Shown here: positions 36,700 through 49,599 of the stretch, piece after piece
How the letters are laid out: each line of letters begins with the position of its first letter
How positions within the stretch are numbered: the stretch's first letter is position 1
Assembly: GCA_010093605.1 (NCBI GenBank)
Contig: MU004189.1
Span: forward strand, 689,834 to 753,833
DNA length: 64,000 nucleotides
Origin: Lophium mytilinum
Taxonomy: Eukaryota
Direction: 5' to 3'
Made by a program: the position numbers and the translations under genes
The notes under the pieces: model-generated
The model's database searches: none
Told to the model about the DNA's origin: nothing
What the model saw: the letters and a program-made list of their open reading frames with translations, nothing else

Positions 36700-39600
36700 A
36701 TGGACGTAAACATTCAGAAGGCACTGAACGACAAGCTCTACGATAAACGGAAAACGGGCGCCTTGGAGTAAGTCCTCTTCTTGTTGGACAAAACCACTCA
36801 TACCGCAGCATGCTTTCTTCAGTGCTCACACAGTGTCTCAATTCCTCACCAAGCTTTGCGCCGTACAGCCATACCACTTTGAAGCCTGACTAACCGCGCA
36901 TCTTGTAGACTTGAAGCACTTATTCGAGACTCCCTTGCTGCGAACGACCATGACCGGATACAAAAGATAGTCTACCAACTCTGCCACGAATATGCCTACG
37001 CCGTCCACCAACCACACGCTCGAAATGGAGGGCTTATCGGACTCGCAGCAGCCTCTATAGCTTTGGGAGTTGTACGTACAACATTAGGAGGGACTTCTAG
37101 TACACGGCTAATAAATGGTTATAGGAGGTTGCGAGGTACCTGGAGCAGATTGTGCCTCCGGTGCTTGCTTGCTTCTCGGACCAAGATGCTCGCGTCCGAT
37201 ATTATGCCTGCGAGAGTATGTACAATATTGCAAAGGTCGCAAAGGGCGAAATACTAGTCTTCTTCAACCAAGTTTTCGATGCCCTGTGCAAGGTATGCTC
37301 AGCTCATTTTGTCATTCAAAGGCCTCGAGGGCACAGCCAGCAATTTTATGAGATCTTTCAACAGTCTCAAGAGATTGTCCAGCAGTCCCAAGAGGTTTCC
37401 ACGATGCTTTCTACTTTCCCCCAGACCTTAGCTGACATTTTGTAACCAGCTTGCTGCAGACTCCGAATTGTCCGTGAAAAACGGCGCCGAATTGTTGGAT
37501 CGACTCATCAAAGACATAGTCTCCGAATCGGCTGCGTCCTACGTCTCCGTACTACATCTACCAGACGAAATCGGTGAACAGTCTGACGATGGTGCAAATA
37601 AAGAACAATCACTTGAGACTCCGACGGCATTCTCTTTACCCGACTTCATACCACTTCTCCAGGAGAGAATCAATGTTCTCAACCCATTCACGCGGACATT
37701 TCTGGTTTCTTGGATAAACTTATTGGACTCCATACCGGATCTTGAACTCGTGACCTATCTTCCATCTTTTCTCGGCGGCCTATTCAAATTTCTTAGTGAT
37801 CATAATCCAGACGTGCACACGGCGACCCAGACGGCGCTCGACAAGTTTCTATCAGAGATAAAGAAGATCGCTCGAATCAAGCGTGGAATTGCCGAGAGCC
37901 GAAAGAGTGCTGGAGATGATGCAATAAGGCACTCCGCTTCCAGCGTTCGAAGTATGCAAACTATGAGTAGCGATGGTAGCATTCCCCCGGATCGGCAACG
38001 ACATGAAGACAGCCATGACGACGAGAGCATCGATAGCCAGTCTATGACCGCGACTGACGAGAAGCTAGGCAGCGCAGAAGATGACTGGATACCTGGCCAA
38101 GACGTTCAAGTTGACCATACCAAGATCATGGAGATACTAGTAACATTCCTTAGCGAGTCGTCGGGTATGAGCCATCTCCTCTTTGAGAAATCATAAGCTG
38201 ACCTTAGACTAGAAGAGGAGATCCAGCTCACTACACTTCGGTGGATTGATAGCTTTTTCGAAATCTGCCCAGAGGATATGATGCCGTTTGTGCCTCGCCT
38301 GCTGTCACATGTCCTTCCGACGATGTCACACGACAATGAGAAAGTTCGACAGGCTGCTAATCGGGTCAACACTTCGCTCACGGATTACATCTTGTCGCTA
38401 TCGGACGCGAGTCCAAAAGCTGAGGCTCCATCATCTGCTACACTTCAGCTCCCGTCTGCACCCGCAAATGCCGCAAAAGAAATGACAGGAGAGAACAGGC
38501 GCGATTCAAACATGTCAAGCAAGTTACCAAGAGCCAGTAGCCGGGATCCTACGGCAGAAGCTCGATCAGTTGACGCTCGCTTGAGTATTGACACTCGAAC
38601 GCCGACACCTGCAGAAGAACGAAGTGCACCACCCCGCCAAGGAGCAGACTTGGATTACCAGGCTGCAGTGAATGCTTTGACTCTGCAATTTTTGAATGAG
38701 CATGAAGCTACACGAGTAGCTGCAATAGCCTGGCTCATCATGTTGCACAGGAAAGCTGGAGGAAGGGTAAGTTAGACCTTACCTCTTTAAGATACATGCT
38801 GATCATGATACTGCAGATTCTTTCCATCGATGATGGAACCTTCCCAGCACTTCTGAAAACATTATCAGATCCTTCTGAAGCGGTTGTCACCCGTGATTTG
38901 CTTCTACTGTCACAAATTTCCAAGAACAGTGAAGACTCGTACTTCACTTCATTTATGGTGAATCTACTTCAGCTCTTTTGTACTGATCGTCGGCTTCTCG
39001 AAACTCGTGGCAATCTTATCATCAGGCAACTGTGCGTCACTTTGAGTGCAGAGAGAATTTACCGAACGATGGCCGACTGTCTCGAGAAAGATGAAGTACG
39101 TATCATTCTCCAAAGATAAGATATGAGCGCAAGCTAATCCTTACCAGGACGTTGAGTTTGCAAGCATCATGGTGCAGAATCTCAACAACAACCTGATCAC
39201 TGCGCCGCAGCTTGCAGACCTCCGGAAACGTTTACGGAACCTAGAGACTCGAGATGGTCAAACCTTCTTCGTGACCCTTTTCAAGTCTTGGTGCCACAAC
39301 GCTGTAGCCACCTTCTCACTCTGTCTTCTAGCACAAGCATACGAGCAGGCATATCACCTGCTCCAAATATTGTAAGTAAATATTCGCATGATATCCTGAT
39401 GGCTACTAATGCTCTTAGCGCGGAGCTGGAAATGACCGTCACTATGCTCATACAAATCGACAAACTCGTGCAGCTCCTCGAGTCCCCAGTCTTTACCTGT
39501 AAGAACTTTTCCTAGGAAACCCTACAAAATCCGCTAATATTACCAAGACTTACGCCTTCAACTCCTGGAACCTGACAAGTTCCCACATCTATACAAATGC

Positions 39601-40131
39601 CTTTATGGCTTATTAATGCTCCTCCCCCAATCCTCCGCCTTCGCTGCCCTCAAAAATCGCCTTAATAGTGTTAGCGCTATAGGCTACCTGCACATTGCCC
39701 CACGCCCGTATGTCCCCTCTCCCATTGCGTCATTCTACCATTCTCGGCAGAAAAGCTCAGAGACCGTACCTCACAGTACTCAGCCGGCGTCCAGCACGTC
39801 GAGCTTCGAGCGACCCAATCGGCTTAAGGCAAGAGAAGAAGGTGGCATAAGGTGGGTTGAGCTGCTGGAGAAGTTTAAGAGCGTCCAGGAGAAAGCAAGA
39901 AGGTCACAACGCCTGGCGACCATGGGCGAAGATGCTATCATGACGCCGGTTGTGGAGAAAGAGAAGCCGCAGCCTCCGGAAGTGCCGCCAAAACCCTTCA
40001 TACAAAGTTCGGCTGCAGGTTCCGCTCGTCCTACTGCTACACCCCCACTCGGACACCAAAAAGCTAAGTCGAGTTTGAGTAATCTAGGACGCTTTACTGG
40101 AGGCGTTACTGGAAGGAAGTCCAAGAAATGA
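36700..40131 (+). CDS. VAC14: Vac14 HEAT-repeat scaffold of the Fab1/PIKfyve complex (multi-exon)
   Basis: MDVNIQKALNDKLYDKRKTGALE, ARNGGLIGLAA, DQDARVRYYACESMYNIAKV, VKNGAELLDRLIKDIV, LLKTLSDPSEAVV, RGNLIIRQLC, QIDKLVQLLESPVFT and MLLPQSSAFAALKNRLNSVS. Confidence 0.96.
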
Positions 40132-40952
40132 GGGTAATAGTCAGCTCTGGCCTTCTTCATTGGGTGTTCACAGTGTACAAAAACTCTTTGCCTTCGTTGT
40201 AGCGTTCTTTGATTAGCACTTGGTATATATTTGATGTGCTTCTGGGGTTTGGGGAGAGCGCTTCTTCTGAGATAGCGTAGACTATTGATTTTTATAGCTA
40301 CACGAACTTCGGTGGGCTTGTTCAGAGCCTCTTTCAAGAGTAAAGATAAATGGTGGGTTTCCCTCGACATAGCTTCATTTGTATCCTCCAGGACTTAATG
40401 GCCTAGTCACGACACAGTTCCTCCATCAATCGAATACCGACACAGGGCCACATAGCATTTGATAATTCTACGAAGCATTGAGCTATATCTCAAGAGAAGC
40501 AGCTAACGGGTAGAAATCGCAATTCACATGCCTTCTAACGCCAGTTTAACATTACTCATTATACCACCCCAAAGTGCACACGCCAGCCCTGCTACTCACG
40601 TGGTCCCGCACCGCTGTGGCTGAGGTCTGCCATCACGGGCGTCTTCCGACGGACCCACCACATCCATGGGCTACGCGCTACCCCAGGATTTGCATGTTTC
40701 GTTTCACCAGACGACGTTCAACATTACAGACTCCTAGCCCCCATGGTAGCCTCTCTATGAATAGCTATAATTCTACCCCGAAAGGCTGCACGATGAAACA
40801 ATCCTTCTATCCACTGCCGCCGAGGCGTCAAGCATCTTCCTTTGTTCGGCCTAGTTTCTTCTCTGGTAGCTTGGAGAGCCTCGAAAGACACACTCTGGTT
40901 TCTGTTATCATTACGCCTCCAAGTTCTCGAACCTCGAGCTCACGATCTGAAG

Positions 40953-42253
40953 ATGATGTTCAACGAGGCATGTCTCGTCCTATTCTTCGCCCTTCTTCCT
41001 GTGTGCAGCGGCGCTACGGCGCCGATACCGATCAAGCGCACAACCATACGGTTCAAGTTCGATGACTGGCAAATGTATACCAAACATGTCGGCGCCTTCC
41101 AGGAACCCGAGGTCGGTGTGCCACGATCCCCAGAGGAGTCGGCCTCGCGGCAGGCGAGGCACCAGCATCCACTCGGTCGCCATGATCAATCCACCTTATA
41201 CTACACTCTTTACACCGCCTCGATAGCCATCGGTACCCCGCCACAGCCCTTTACGGCATCTATCGATATAAGCTGGTCAGACATGTTCGTCCCGTCTGCC
41301 GAGTGTCTGCAAGACCCTGCCACTGTGCCACGCTGCTGGTGACACAACAAGTACAACTCATCGCACTCCAGCACTTACCACCCAAACAGGACTGTCACCA
41401 ATGTCATGTATGAAGGCCTCTCGACATCAGGCCATCTGTCGCGAGATGTTTGAGATTGGGGGGGTCTGGATATCCTCGACCAGCAACTCGAGGAAGCGAC
41501 CTTCTGGCGGACCATGTGCCTGAATGCGGCGCCCCTGCATAGCGCACTGGGCCTTGCACGCCTCCAAATTCGCACCCCAGCCTCTACCGCCGGTACGAAG
41601 AGCGCCCTGCGGAGTATGCTAGATCAGAAGTTGCTCAGCCGCCCCGTGTTCTCTCTCAGGCTTCCCGGTCGCGATGATGAAAGCGGCGACTTGGCGTTGG
41701 GGTATATTCCATCAGGAGTTCTGGCACAGAGTGCGGTCATCCTCCCTCTGATCGAGGCGACACCCCCAAAGGAACTCAGCCAACTAGCGTACTACATTTC
41801 GAGTGGATACACCGTCGAGCTGGAATCGATAACCATTCAGTCTTCTCCCGGGAGCAATCCCAGTGACAGGGAACCGTCCACATACAAAGCCGTCTTCACC
41901 AACTCTTACGATTACATCTCGCTCCCAGGCACACTGCTCACCGAGATTCAAACTAACATCACCCGAACCTAGGAATGGACGATCTGCTTGCGGACCTGGA
42001 CTGTTCAATGCGGGACGAACTGCCAAATATTGTGTTCTCGTTTGGCAAGGACGCAGTGATCGTATTGACCCCATAGGACTACTTGACAGAGGTCCGAGAT
42101 ATTGATAAGGGGATGCGATGTGTGCTTCCGTTTGCCTACTTACAGCAATCCGACGACGAAGAGGTGGTGCTGGGTTCCGCGTTCATGCAAGGGGTGTATA
42201 GCGCGTTTGATTTGGAGAATGGTGAAGTGTCGTTGGCAGCGTTGGGGGAATAG
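40953..42253 (+). pseudogene. Pepsin-like (A1) aspartic protease pseudogene
   Basis: Signal peptide, YTASIAIGTPPQPF, KYNSSHSSTY, PVFSLRL, LGSAFMQGVYSAFD. In-frame stops at 41340, 41451 and 42074, a frameshift near 41965, and degenerate DTG motifs (DISWSD, TNSYD). Confidence 0.85.
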
Positions 42254-43214
42254 ATCCCGAGGCGCTGGAATACACGCCTCGATCTGCTCAGGAACTCCTG
42301 GTATGTTCTAGGTGCATATTTGAGCGACTCTGGTTCGAGCGCATCAGGCTCTATAGATTCGGAGCAGTATTGTTTGCACGCCCCAGTCTCGACCCTTCCG
42401 GTCGAAAACAGGGCCCAGAAGTGGGTTTCACAAGGTGCTCAATCTCGGCTCAAGATGCCCTCACCTAACACAGCCACGAGCAGCTCATGTTTCTTAAAGG
42501 GAAAGGAAATTGCTTGGATATACATTGGGATATCGTATAACCTCAGGCAGACTCCTATATAGCCACGTCATCAGAAGCCTAACCCGAATCTACCATGGAA
42601 CCACCCACCGCCAAGACTCATCTGCACTCATGCCTATATAAACCCGACCTCCCCCCGTCCCTCTTCTCTTCCTCGCCTTCGGGCATCCCCTCCTTCCAGT
42701 TTCCTAAAATCAAGGTCTCATTGCATGTATCGCCATATACTTTGTATATGCAGAGCACAAACCCGGCTCTTGTAGACTATGCTATCTAGACCCTTCCCCC
42801 GCCATGTATTACCCACTTTTGTCACTCCTTGGGGGCAGCGGTTCAAACCCGACAGATACTTAGTAGGAGTCGATGCGCAGATGGATAAGATTCTTGTGGA
42901 TTTGGTTTGGCTATATAGGAGGTTTTTGACCCCGAGAAAGGGTTTTCCTCGCAATCATATACTGTTCTGATCTAATTATGACATCTCTGTGATATTTGTG
43001 ATGTTTTTGAGCTTGTGTGGTGAGGACAGGTGGTCTGAGTGTGACTTCGTACGGCAATCCCTCCATCCTCCAGCTCTAACAAAACTGAACACGGCTGCTA
43101 GGCTGTAATCTTACAACACTTTTGCTTCACCTCAATTAGTGAGCAATCCTTGACCACATCGTACTAGAAACGGCGGACCTTCCTGCCTTTCAACCTGCCA
43201 TTAAGTCAAACGCC

Positions 43215-43900
43215 ATGATTGATAGCAACTACTCAGACGACGAAGTCTTCCTCCACCTTTCGCACCGCCCACGCTATATTCTCGACAGTGTGATCTCAGT
43301 CGACGAGTCGAAAAACCTAGCATTCACGCTCATTCGACGTGAGTGCCAATCGTCTCTAGGACAGCTCGACAACATAGCTCTCGAAACCCTACACGACTGC
43401 CTCGGATACTTGGATCTCCAGTCCCTATGGCGCCTCTCCCGTGTCTCCCTCCGCGGCAAAGCCGTCGTTGAGTCCTTGAGTGAATATGGAAATCTTGTCA
43501 CATCCGTCGGCCATACCTTCAAGATCCTGAAACGAGCGAAAATTCTTGCCATCCACTCTATTACCACACTTCACGCCGCCCTGAGTTCGGCGCGATGCAT
43601 ATCATGTGGCGCATTTGGAGCATTCCTACTTCTAGTCTCTGCTGAGCGGTGCTGCTCTATATGTCTAGTAGTCAACCAGCCTCTCTGGATGATCTCGTTG
43701 CCATTAGCTGGAGAATGCTTCGGCCTCCTAAAGCAGCGCTTGACCGCGCTACATCGATAAGGCTCACAAGTGTCAAAGCCGCAAAAGAGCTGGCTCTCAA
43801 GGAGCATGGGCCAATCGACACATTGGCGACGAAGTCTCTCACGGATTTACGCCAGACTCCAGTTCTCGATCGGATCGATGTGTTGACATGGTTCCGATAA
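43215..43900 (+). pseudogene. Fungal F-box protein, C-terminally frameshifted/decayed
   Basis: F-box-like SSLGQLDNIALETLHDCLGYLDLQSLWRLSRVS and CISCGAFGAFLLLVSAERCCSICL. The expected downstream motif LTSVKAAKELAL is in another frame, followed by a stop. Confidence 0.65.
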
Positions 43901-44607
43901 GCTGACCCGCATCCTCTCTTGCAAGCCCCTCTTACTATAAATGATGCTGAAACAGTATCGGTTTGGAACTTCGAGGTAGAAAGCGTTACCATTATCTAAA
44001 CTGTGACCTACTCAAGAGGTAAAGTCATATGGAGTACGAACTCTCCAGGAGCATATAGAGGCGGGAGTCAGAGGGAGGAGAAGACACTTAAGGTAAAGTA
44101 TGCGCCGGGGAGTCAGTATTATAAAGCTGAGAGCGAAGGATAGGATCGAAGGCATTCACACGAAGGACTTGGAATCGATTTTACTTGTACAACAACGCAT
44201 TCACGTATGATAGGAGCGGAAGAAGGAACACGTAAACAAGCCTCTTCGTATTGTTGCTTTAAAAACACGTAGCTTGTCTGGTGTATCCCTGTTTTGGCTG
44301 AAGCACTTCATCGCACATTCAGAGGCCGACTGGCCGGTCGGTCGGGCGTCGGTATAGGAAGAAGACGATGACTTGAGCGGAATTCCACTGAGGGGGTGTG
44401 GGGATGATTAGTTTTGACAGCCACCGGGGGAAGACGGCGCGCGGTGCCTGAGGACGCTTGGACCCGAGGTCGTCTAGATGTTATCTTGGTACCTAGCGCG
44501 CGTCATGATGTTCAGATTATTCCCAACAACCATTGTGTCTTCCAGAAAGCTCCGTTGAGCTGCACAACGCCCAAAAATTCCCCAGCGCGGGCCTCCCAGC
44601 TTTGAGA

Positions 44608-45997
44608 ATGACGAGCCGGTGTCCTAGGCTCGTGAAGAGCAGCTTGAAACCCCCACCATCACTCCGCTCGCCATGTTTGCAAGCCATCCTCTCTCCCGCC
44701 GTCCACGTCCACTCCCTCTACCATCCTAGCCGGCGAAGAAACCAATCAAGCTGGGCTACTGCTGTCTCAGCTGCTCAGCATGTCTTCAGTGCTACTCCCG
44801 ACCCCAAGTCGCCAATCGGAGCCGATCCATTTCAAACCGTCGCGAAAGAGATGAAGTTTCTCACCAAGAACATAAAACAGCTGTTAGGATCCGGCCATCC
44901 CTCACTAGATACAGTAGCAAAGTACTACACGCAATCAGAGGGGAAATATGTACGGCCAATGTTGGTGTTGTTAATGTCAAGAGCTACTGCTCTCGCCCCC
45001 AAGAGTAGTCGATCGCTCATACCCGAATCCGTGGACAAGTCCTTTGCGTCCCCGGAAATCCTCATGGACGAGAACCCCTCTGCGCCCGCCTACTCACCAC
45101 TCACGTCGCTATCAAACGAACCTGCCTATGCCTCTGAGGACTCGGAGATCCTTCCGTCTCAACGGCGCTTGGCCGAGATCACCGAACTTATTCACACCGC
45201 CTCGCTCATCCACGACGATGTCATCGACCACTCGGAAAGCCGGCGCTCCGCGCCCTCAGCGAATATCGCGTTTGGCAATAAAATGGCAGTTTTGGCCGGC
45301 GATTTCATGCTAGGACGCGCGTCTGTCGCTCTAGCCAGGCTACGGGACCCAGAGGTGACGGAGCTATTGGCGACGGTCATTGCGAACCTTGTGGAGGGAG
45401 AGTTCATGCAGTTGAAAAATACCGCACAGGACGAGAAACACCCAATTTGGACCGAGGATACGGTCACATACTATCTCCAGAAAACCTACCTTAAATCCGC
45501 GAGTCTAATAAGCAAGTCGTGTCGAGCCGCCGCTTTACTTGGCCAGAGTACTCCGGAGGTTGTAGAAGCCGCATACTCGTATGGAAAGAATCTTGGGTTA
45601 GCGTTTCAGCTGGTCGACGACATGTTGGACTATACGATCAGTGGAGCAGAGCTTGGAAAGCCTGCTGGGGCTGACTTGGAACTTGGTCTTGCCACAGCGC
45701 CCCTGTTGTTTGCTTGGAAGGATAATAAGGCTCTTGGAGCGCTCGTTGGGAGGAAATTCTGCCGGGAGGGAGACGTCCAAAAAGTAAGAATAGCTACTTC
45801 ATTACAGTCACAGCTACTGATCATAACATGACCAGGCTCGAGAACTTGTGGCCCAAAGTAGCGGATTAGAACAGACCCGAGCGCTTGCTCAAGAATACGT
45901 TGACAAAGCGATCCAAGCCATCAGCGCGTTTCCCGAAAGCGACGCCAAACAGGGACTCATCGAGATGTGTGAAAAGGTTCTGAAGAGGCGGAATTAG
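44608..45997 (+). CDS. COQ1: Mitochondrial polyprenyl diphosphate synthase for ubiquinone, 2 exons (44608-45783, 45836-45997)
   Basis: Mitochondrial presequence, GKYVRP, ELIHTASLIHDDVID..RR, GNKMAVLAGDF, LVEGEFMQL, LGLAFQLVDDMLDY and GKPAGADLELGLATAP. Confidence 0.95.
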
Positions 45998-46736
45998 ACT
46001 CGACTCCTCGAGATGTAGAAAATAATCAATCTCCTTGTTATGTGTACGAGTATCTTCAAGTAAAATCCTAGACGACGACAAAAAAGCTCTTTTGTCATGG
46101 ATGAGGTAAATCACGAAACGACCTACGGCGCTTTTCTCATTTTCGTTCTGTACATATAGACGTCCACGTATACGCCATAGCTTTGGAGTCTAGACTATTT
46201 GACATCAGACACCTGCCAGGTGCGTTGTTCTTCATCTTCATGTATCAGATTTACTGATATCACGTGTGCTCTAGTCGACCAATCACGAGCCTCGCATTTC
46301 CATGACTTGACTTTCTGCTGTACCGCAAAGCTAGAGACAGCATCACCTTAGACCAAAGGTCCGCTCTTCTAGCTACTTTTCACTAGCAAGAGACAGTTGT
46401 GTCGCCTACTCTAGCAATGGAGGTAACCGAGAATCTCACTCCGTGTGCCGGTTCTGATACATGTTACACTCAGCCAATTCTACGAATCCTACCACGAAAG
46501 GCGTGGTTCAAAACGTTCTCGTATCTGGCCTCTCAAGAAAGAGCGAGTATTTAAATTATCAACTGTCACTTCGAACATGTCTGCTAAGCAGCAAAAATCT
46601 GGAGCAGAACGCTCGTCTTTTAAGTACCACGATACATTTACCAAGAGGTCTTAAAGATACAAGTAAGCGTAGAAGCTTAAGAATCACTGGAGTCAACAGG
46701 ACTACGAGCATCACTCGACACGCTTCCAACATAATT

Positions 46737-47227
46737 ATGACAGCAAATCGCAGCCCACCTACCTCCAACATCTCTACCCTAACCACCCGCACCCTCTATA
46801 ACGCCATCGGTACCAACTCCTGGGACCCCTACCACATCCACCGCAAAGCGCAATCGGCCACCTTCTTCAACTTTCTCGCCGCCTTCGCCCACGGCTCCAA
46901 CGCCTGGCCCTGCCGCGTCCGCCTCAACCATATCTCCTACGAAGGCAAGACCGTCCATGCGACCGTGTGCGCGCGTACGCGCCTAGCCGCTTTCGCATTC
47001 CCGATCCGAGGGGCGAGCGGGCTTGTGAATCGGTTTGAGCGGATGCGGGAGCGGGTGTGACGCGAAGGTGCGGGGGAGGCGCGGCTTGGGTTCTTCGCCC
47101 GCGGTGTCCGACGGATTTCAGCGGGGAGGTGCGGTTTGTTAGGGTAGAGGTTATGGAGGTTATGGTTAAGGCGTGGCGGATGGTTGGGACGGCGGGGGAG
47201 TGGGGTGGGGGAGAGGGGAGGGTGTAA
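46737..47227 (+). pseudogene. Probable decayed or orphan gene of unknown family
   Basis: ATG at 46737, coding-like C-rich 5' half and G-rich 3' half like nearby genes. Stop at 47058-47060, with coding-like text continuing across a frameshift. Confidence 0.35.
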
Positions 47228-48982
47228 AGGTAGAGTCGGTATGTGAACTCTTTGCTATTTACGTCTTCGACGAATTGTAAGACTTCAGGAGATCAATATA
47301 GTCTCATCTCTGAATCTGTTTCAACGGTTACTACGTATGGAAATAGCATCTGTCCCTATATGGGATGGAAAGTGAGTAAAAAGACAAAACAAGCTAAACG
47401 CATTAGCTTTTTGGGCCTGAGAAGGATTCGAACTAGAGCGGTACTAATTCCAATCTATCAGGCCGAGGGGTTCTTTGGTTCGTGGGGTTTGTGTGCAAGA
47501 ACATGAGAGCGGTACCCATATTGTTCGCGGGGACGAGGGAAAATAATGTGATATATATAGGTTCAGTGCGGGGGAGAGGGCTGGGATTAGGGTATTGGTA
47601 GGGGAACGAGGTTATGTAAGCTCACGTGTCAGTTAGTAGAGGTCATATAAAAGGGTGAGTAAGGGGCAGTGAAGTCGACAAAAGGTTGGGTTGCAGGATG
47701 AGGATCGAAAATCGGGACCGAACCATGTTATGGCTCTGGTGGTGAGCGATTGGATCAAACTCGGCGAAGGCACATGTGGTGGAGGCGTCTTGTCTAAAAT
47801 TACGGAGCCGGTGACGACCATCTCTACTAGCATGTAATTCTCTTCGCTAACACGGCGAGGACCTGGTCAATATCATTGAATACATAAGGTGAAGAGTAAT
47901 ATTGGAGTGGAACAGACTCCTGCTAATAGAACTTCTGACCTACCCACGAGCACTGCATTGTCCTTCAGGTTCGTCGAAGAATCTTCATCACTAGGATTGC
48001 CATATCCTGCTATTACCATACTCACAGGACTGATGAAAAGCGTCACTAGCATCTAGCAAATGTGTTCGTCATCACCATTCCCTAGACATAGTGGTACCAT
48101 TCGTCGACGAGGTGAATTAATTGAACAAGCCCAAGCCCGGACATCGAAAGACCTGCCATCTGTTTTGTCCACATCTGAGGTCTTCCTGGTAATTGGTTGA
48201 TCAAGGCGCACGCCTTAGTATTGATCTGTGGGATTGAACCGCAATGGCCATAGAGTTTTATACTTTCTCCACGCCGCAATCACGAGACTACCATGTGATT
48301 TCTCATCCTTTTCCCCGGAACAGCCAGAGTGGGCGTCCGTGGTCCGTGGTGCAAGGCTGACCGAAGGAGCAGAGACAAAACAGGGCGCAGACTGACTGGA
48401 AACTGCGAAGGAATGCGGCGTGACCTTAGGCAGAATCACGTCTCACCTGGCGCCAAGACAGCAAAGCGGCACAGATCTGCATTACAGAACTGGCAAAATA
48501 CGAGTCTGCCTCGCAACTTTGACGTAAGATACGGCGCGGGGTGGGGCGGAGCGGGTAGGCCGACGATCGAAAGCGGGATGCTAAAGATTTAGAGATTACT
48601 ACTTTGAGACTGACTCGCATACGAAAAGAGACGAAAGAAACCGTGTTGTTGATTTGATTGATTAACTAATTCGGGGCTTGACTTTGATTTGGGTAGTACG
48701 GGAGGTTGAAAAAGCCAATGTACAAGAAACTGAGCTCGACTTCTGCCGCCGTAGCAGAGAGGTAAGGCGTGCCAACTTCACTACCGTATCTTCACAAAAC
48801 CGAGCTACTGTGTGGATTCTGTGGCTCCGATGAGGCTTGATATCTCATGTCCTCCATTCCATGTGCGCCGGTATGAGAAACCCTACCATTCAAGCCACCC
48901 TGATGCCTTTGAGACCGTCGAAACAACCCAAACGCCTGTGCCCCGTCCTCATAACCTCATCGTGCAAAAAGGTATGCAACAT

Positions 48983-49599
48983 CTACCGGATGATACCATC
49001 GTGCTGCTTGTTCGGTGGTGGACCGGCTGGCGGCGTATACACACTGTCCTCGCCTCTGTACGGCGTATGCGCTGGCTGCGGCGACTGGAGCTCGACGCCA
49101 TTCTGCTGGCCGTAGTAACCCTGGTTGGCGCCATTTCCATAGTAGTTTTCGGTTTGCGCGGCCGTGTATGGTGGTGCGGGCTGGTTATTGTTGTTGCTGT
49201 AATACGGTTGCGCGTTGTAGGTAGCGGGATTGTGGCCTGGGGGAACACGACCACCAGCCCAGCCAGTGCCATAGAAAGGTTGGCGGCCGGCGCGACGACG
49301 GCGACGCGCAGTGAGACAGCTGCAGAGGATGAAGAGCAGGAAGAAGCCGATGACGACCACGGCGAGCACAACCCAGCGGACCCAGTTGTCCCATGCGGAC
49401 GATTGGCAGTATTCCTGGCCGTTGTTGCCGTAGTAGCAACTCATTGGGGATCAATGTTAGCTGGTGGTTCTCTGAGAATGAAAGAAAGAGGTTGGCGACA
49501 CAGCTGTTTGCTGAGGGCGGGGTGACGAGTTGGAGGTGGAATGTAGCACTGGGAGGATAGAGAAACTCACTTATAGTAACGTTTATTGAGGACGGGCAT
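48983..49599 (-). CDS. RCR family (Congo red resistance / Rsp5 adaptor-like) single-pass membrane protein, 2 exons (49599-49571, 49439-48983)
   Basis: CYY...C.SAWDNWVRWVV, a TM helix, ARRRRRAGRQPFYGTGW, PPPY motif and YTPPAGPPP. Confidence 0.85.

Noticed and set aside
41340..42076. A-to-I editing rescue of premature stops in the protease gene
   Set aside because: A frameshift is present, which editing cannot repair, and several independent lesions point to decay.
44608..45997. COQ1 as the prenyl-diphosphate supplier of the terpene cluster
   Set aside because: It is a typical mitochondrial housekeeping enzyme more than 30 kb away, separated by core genes.
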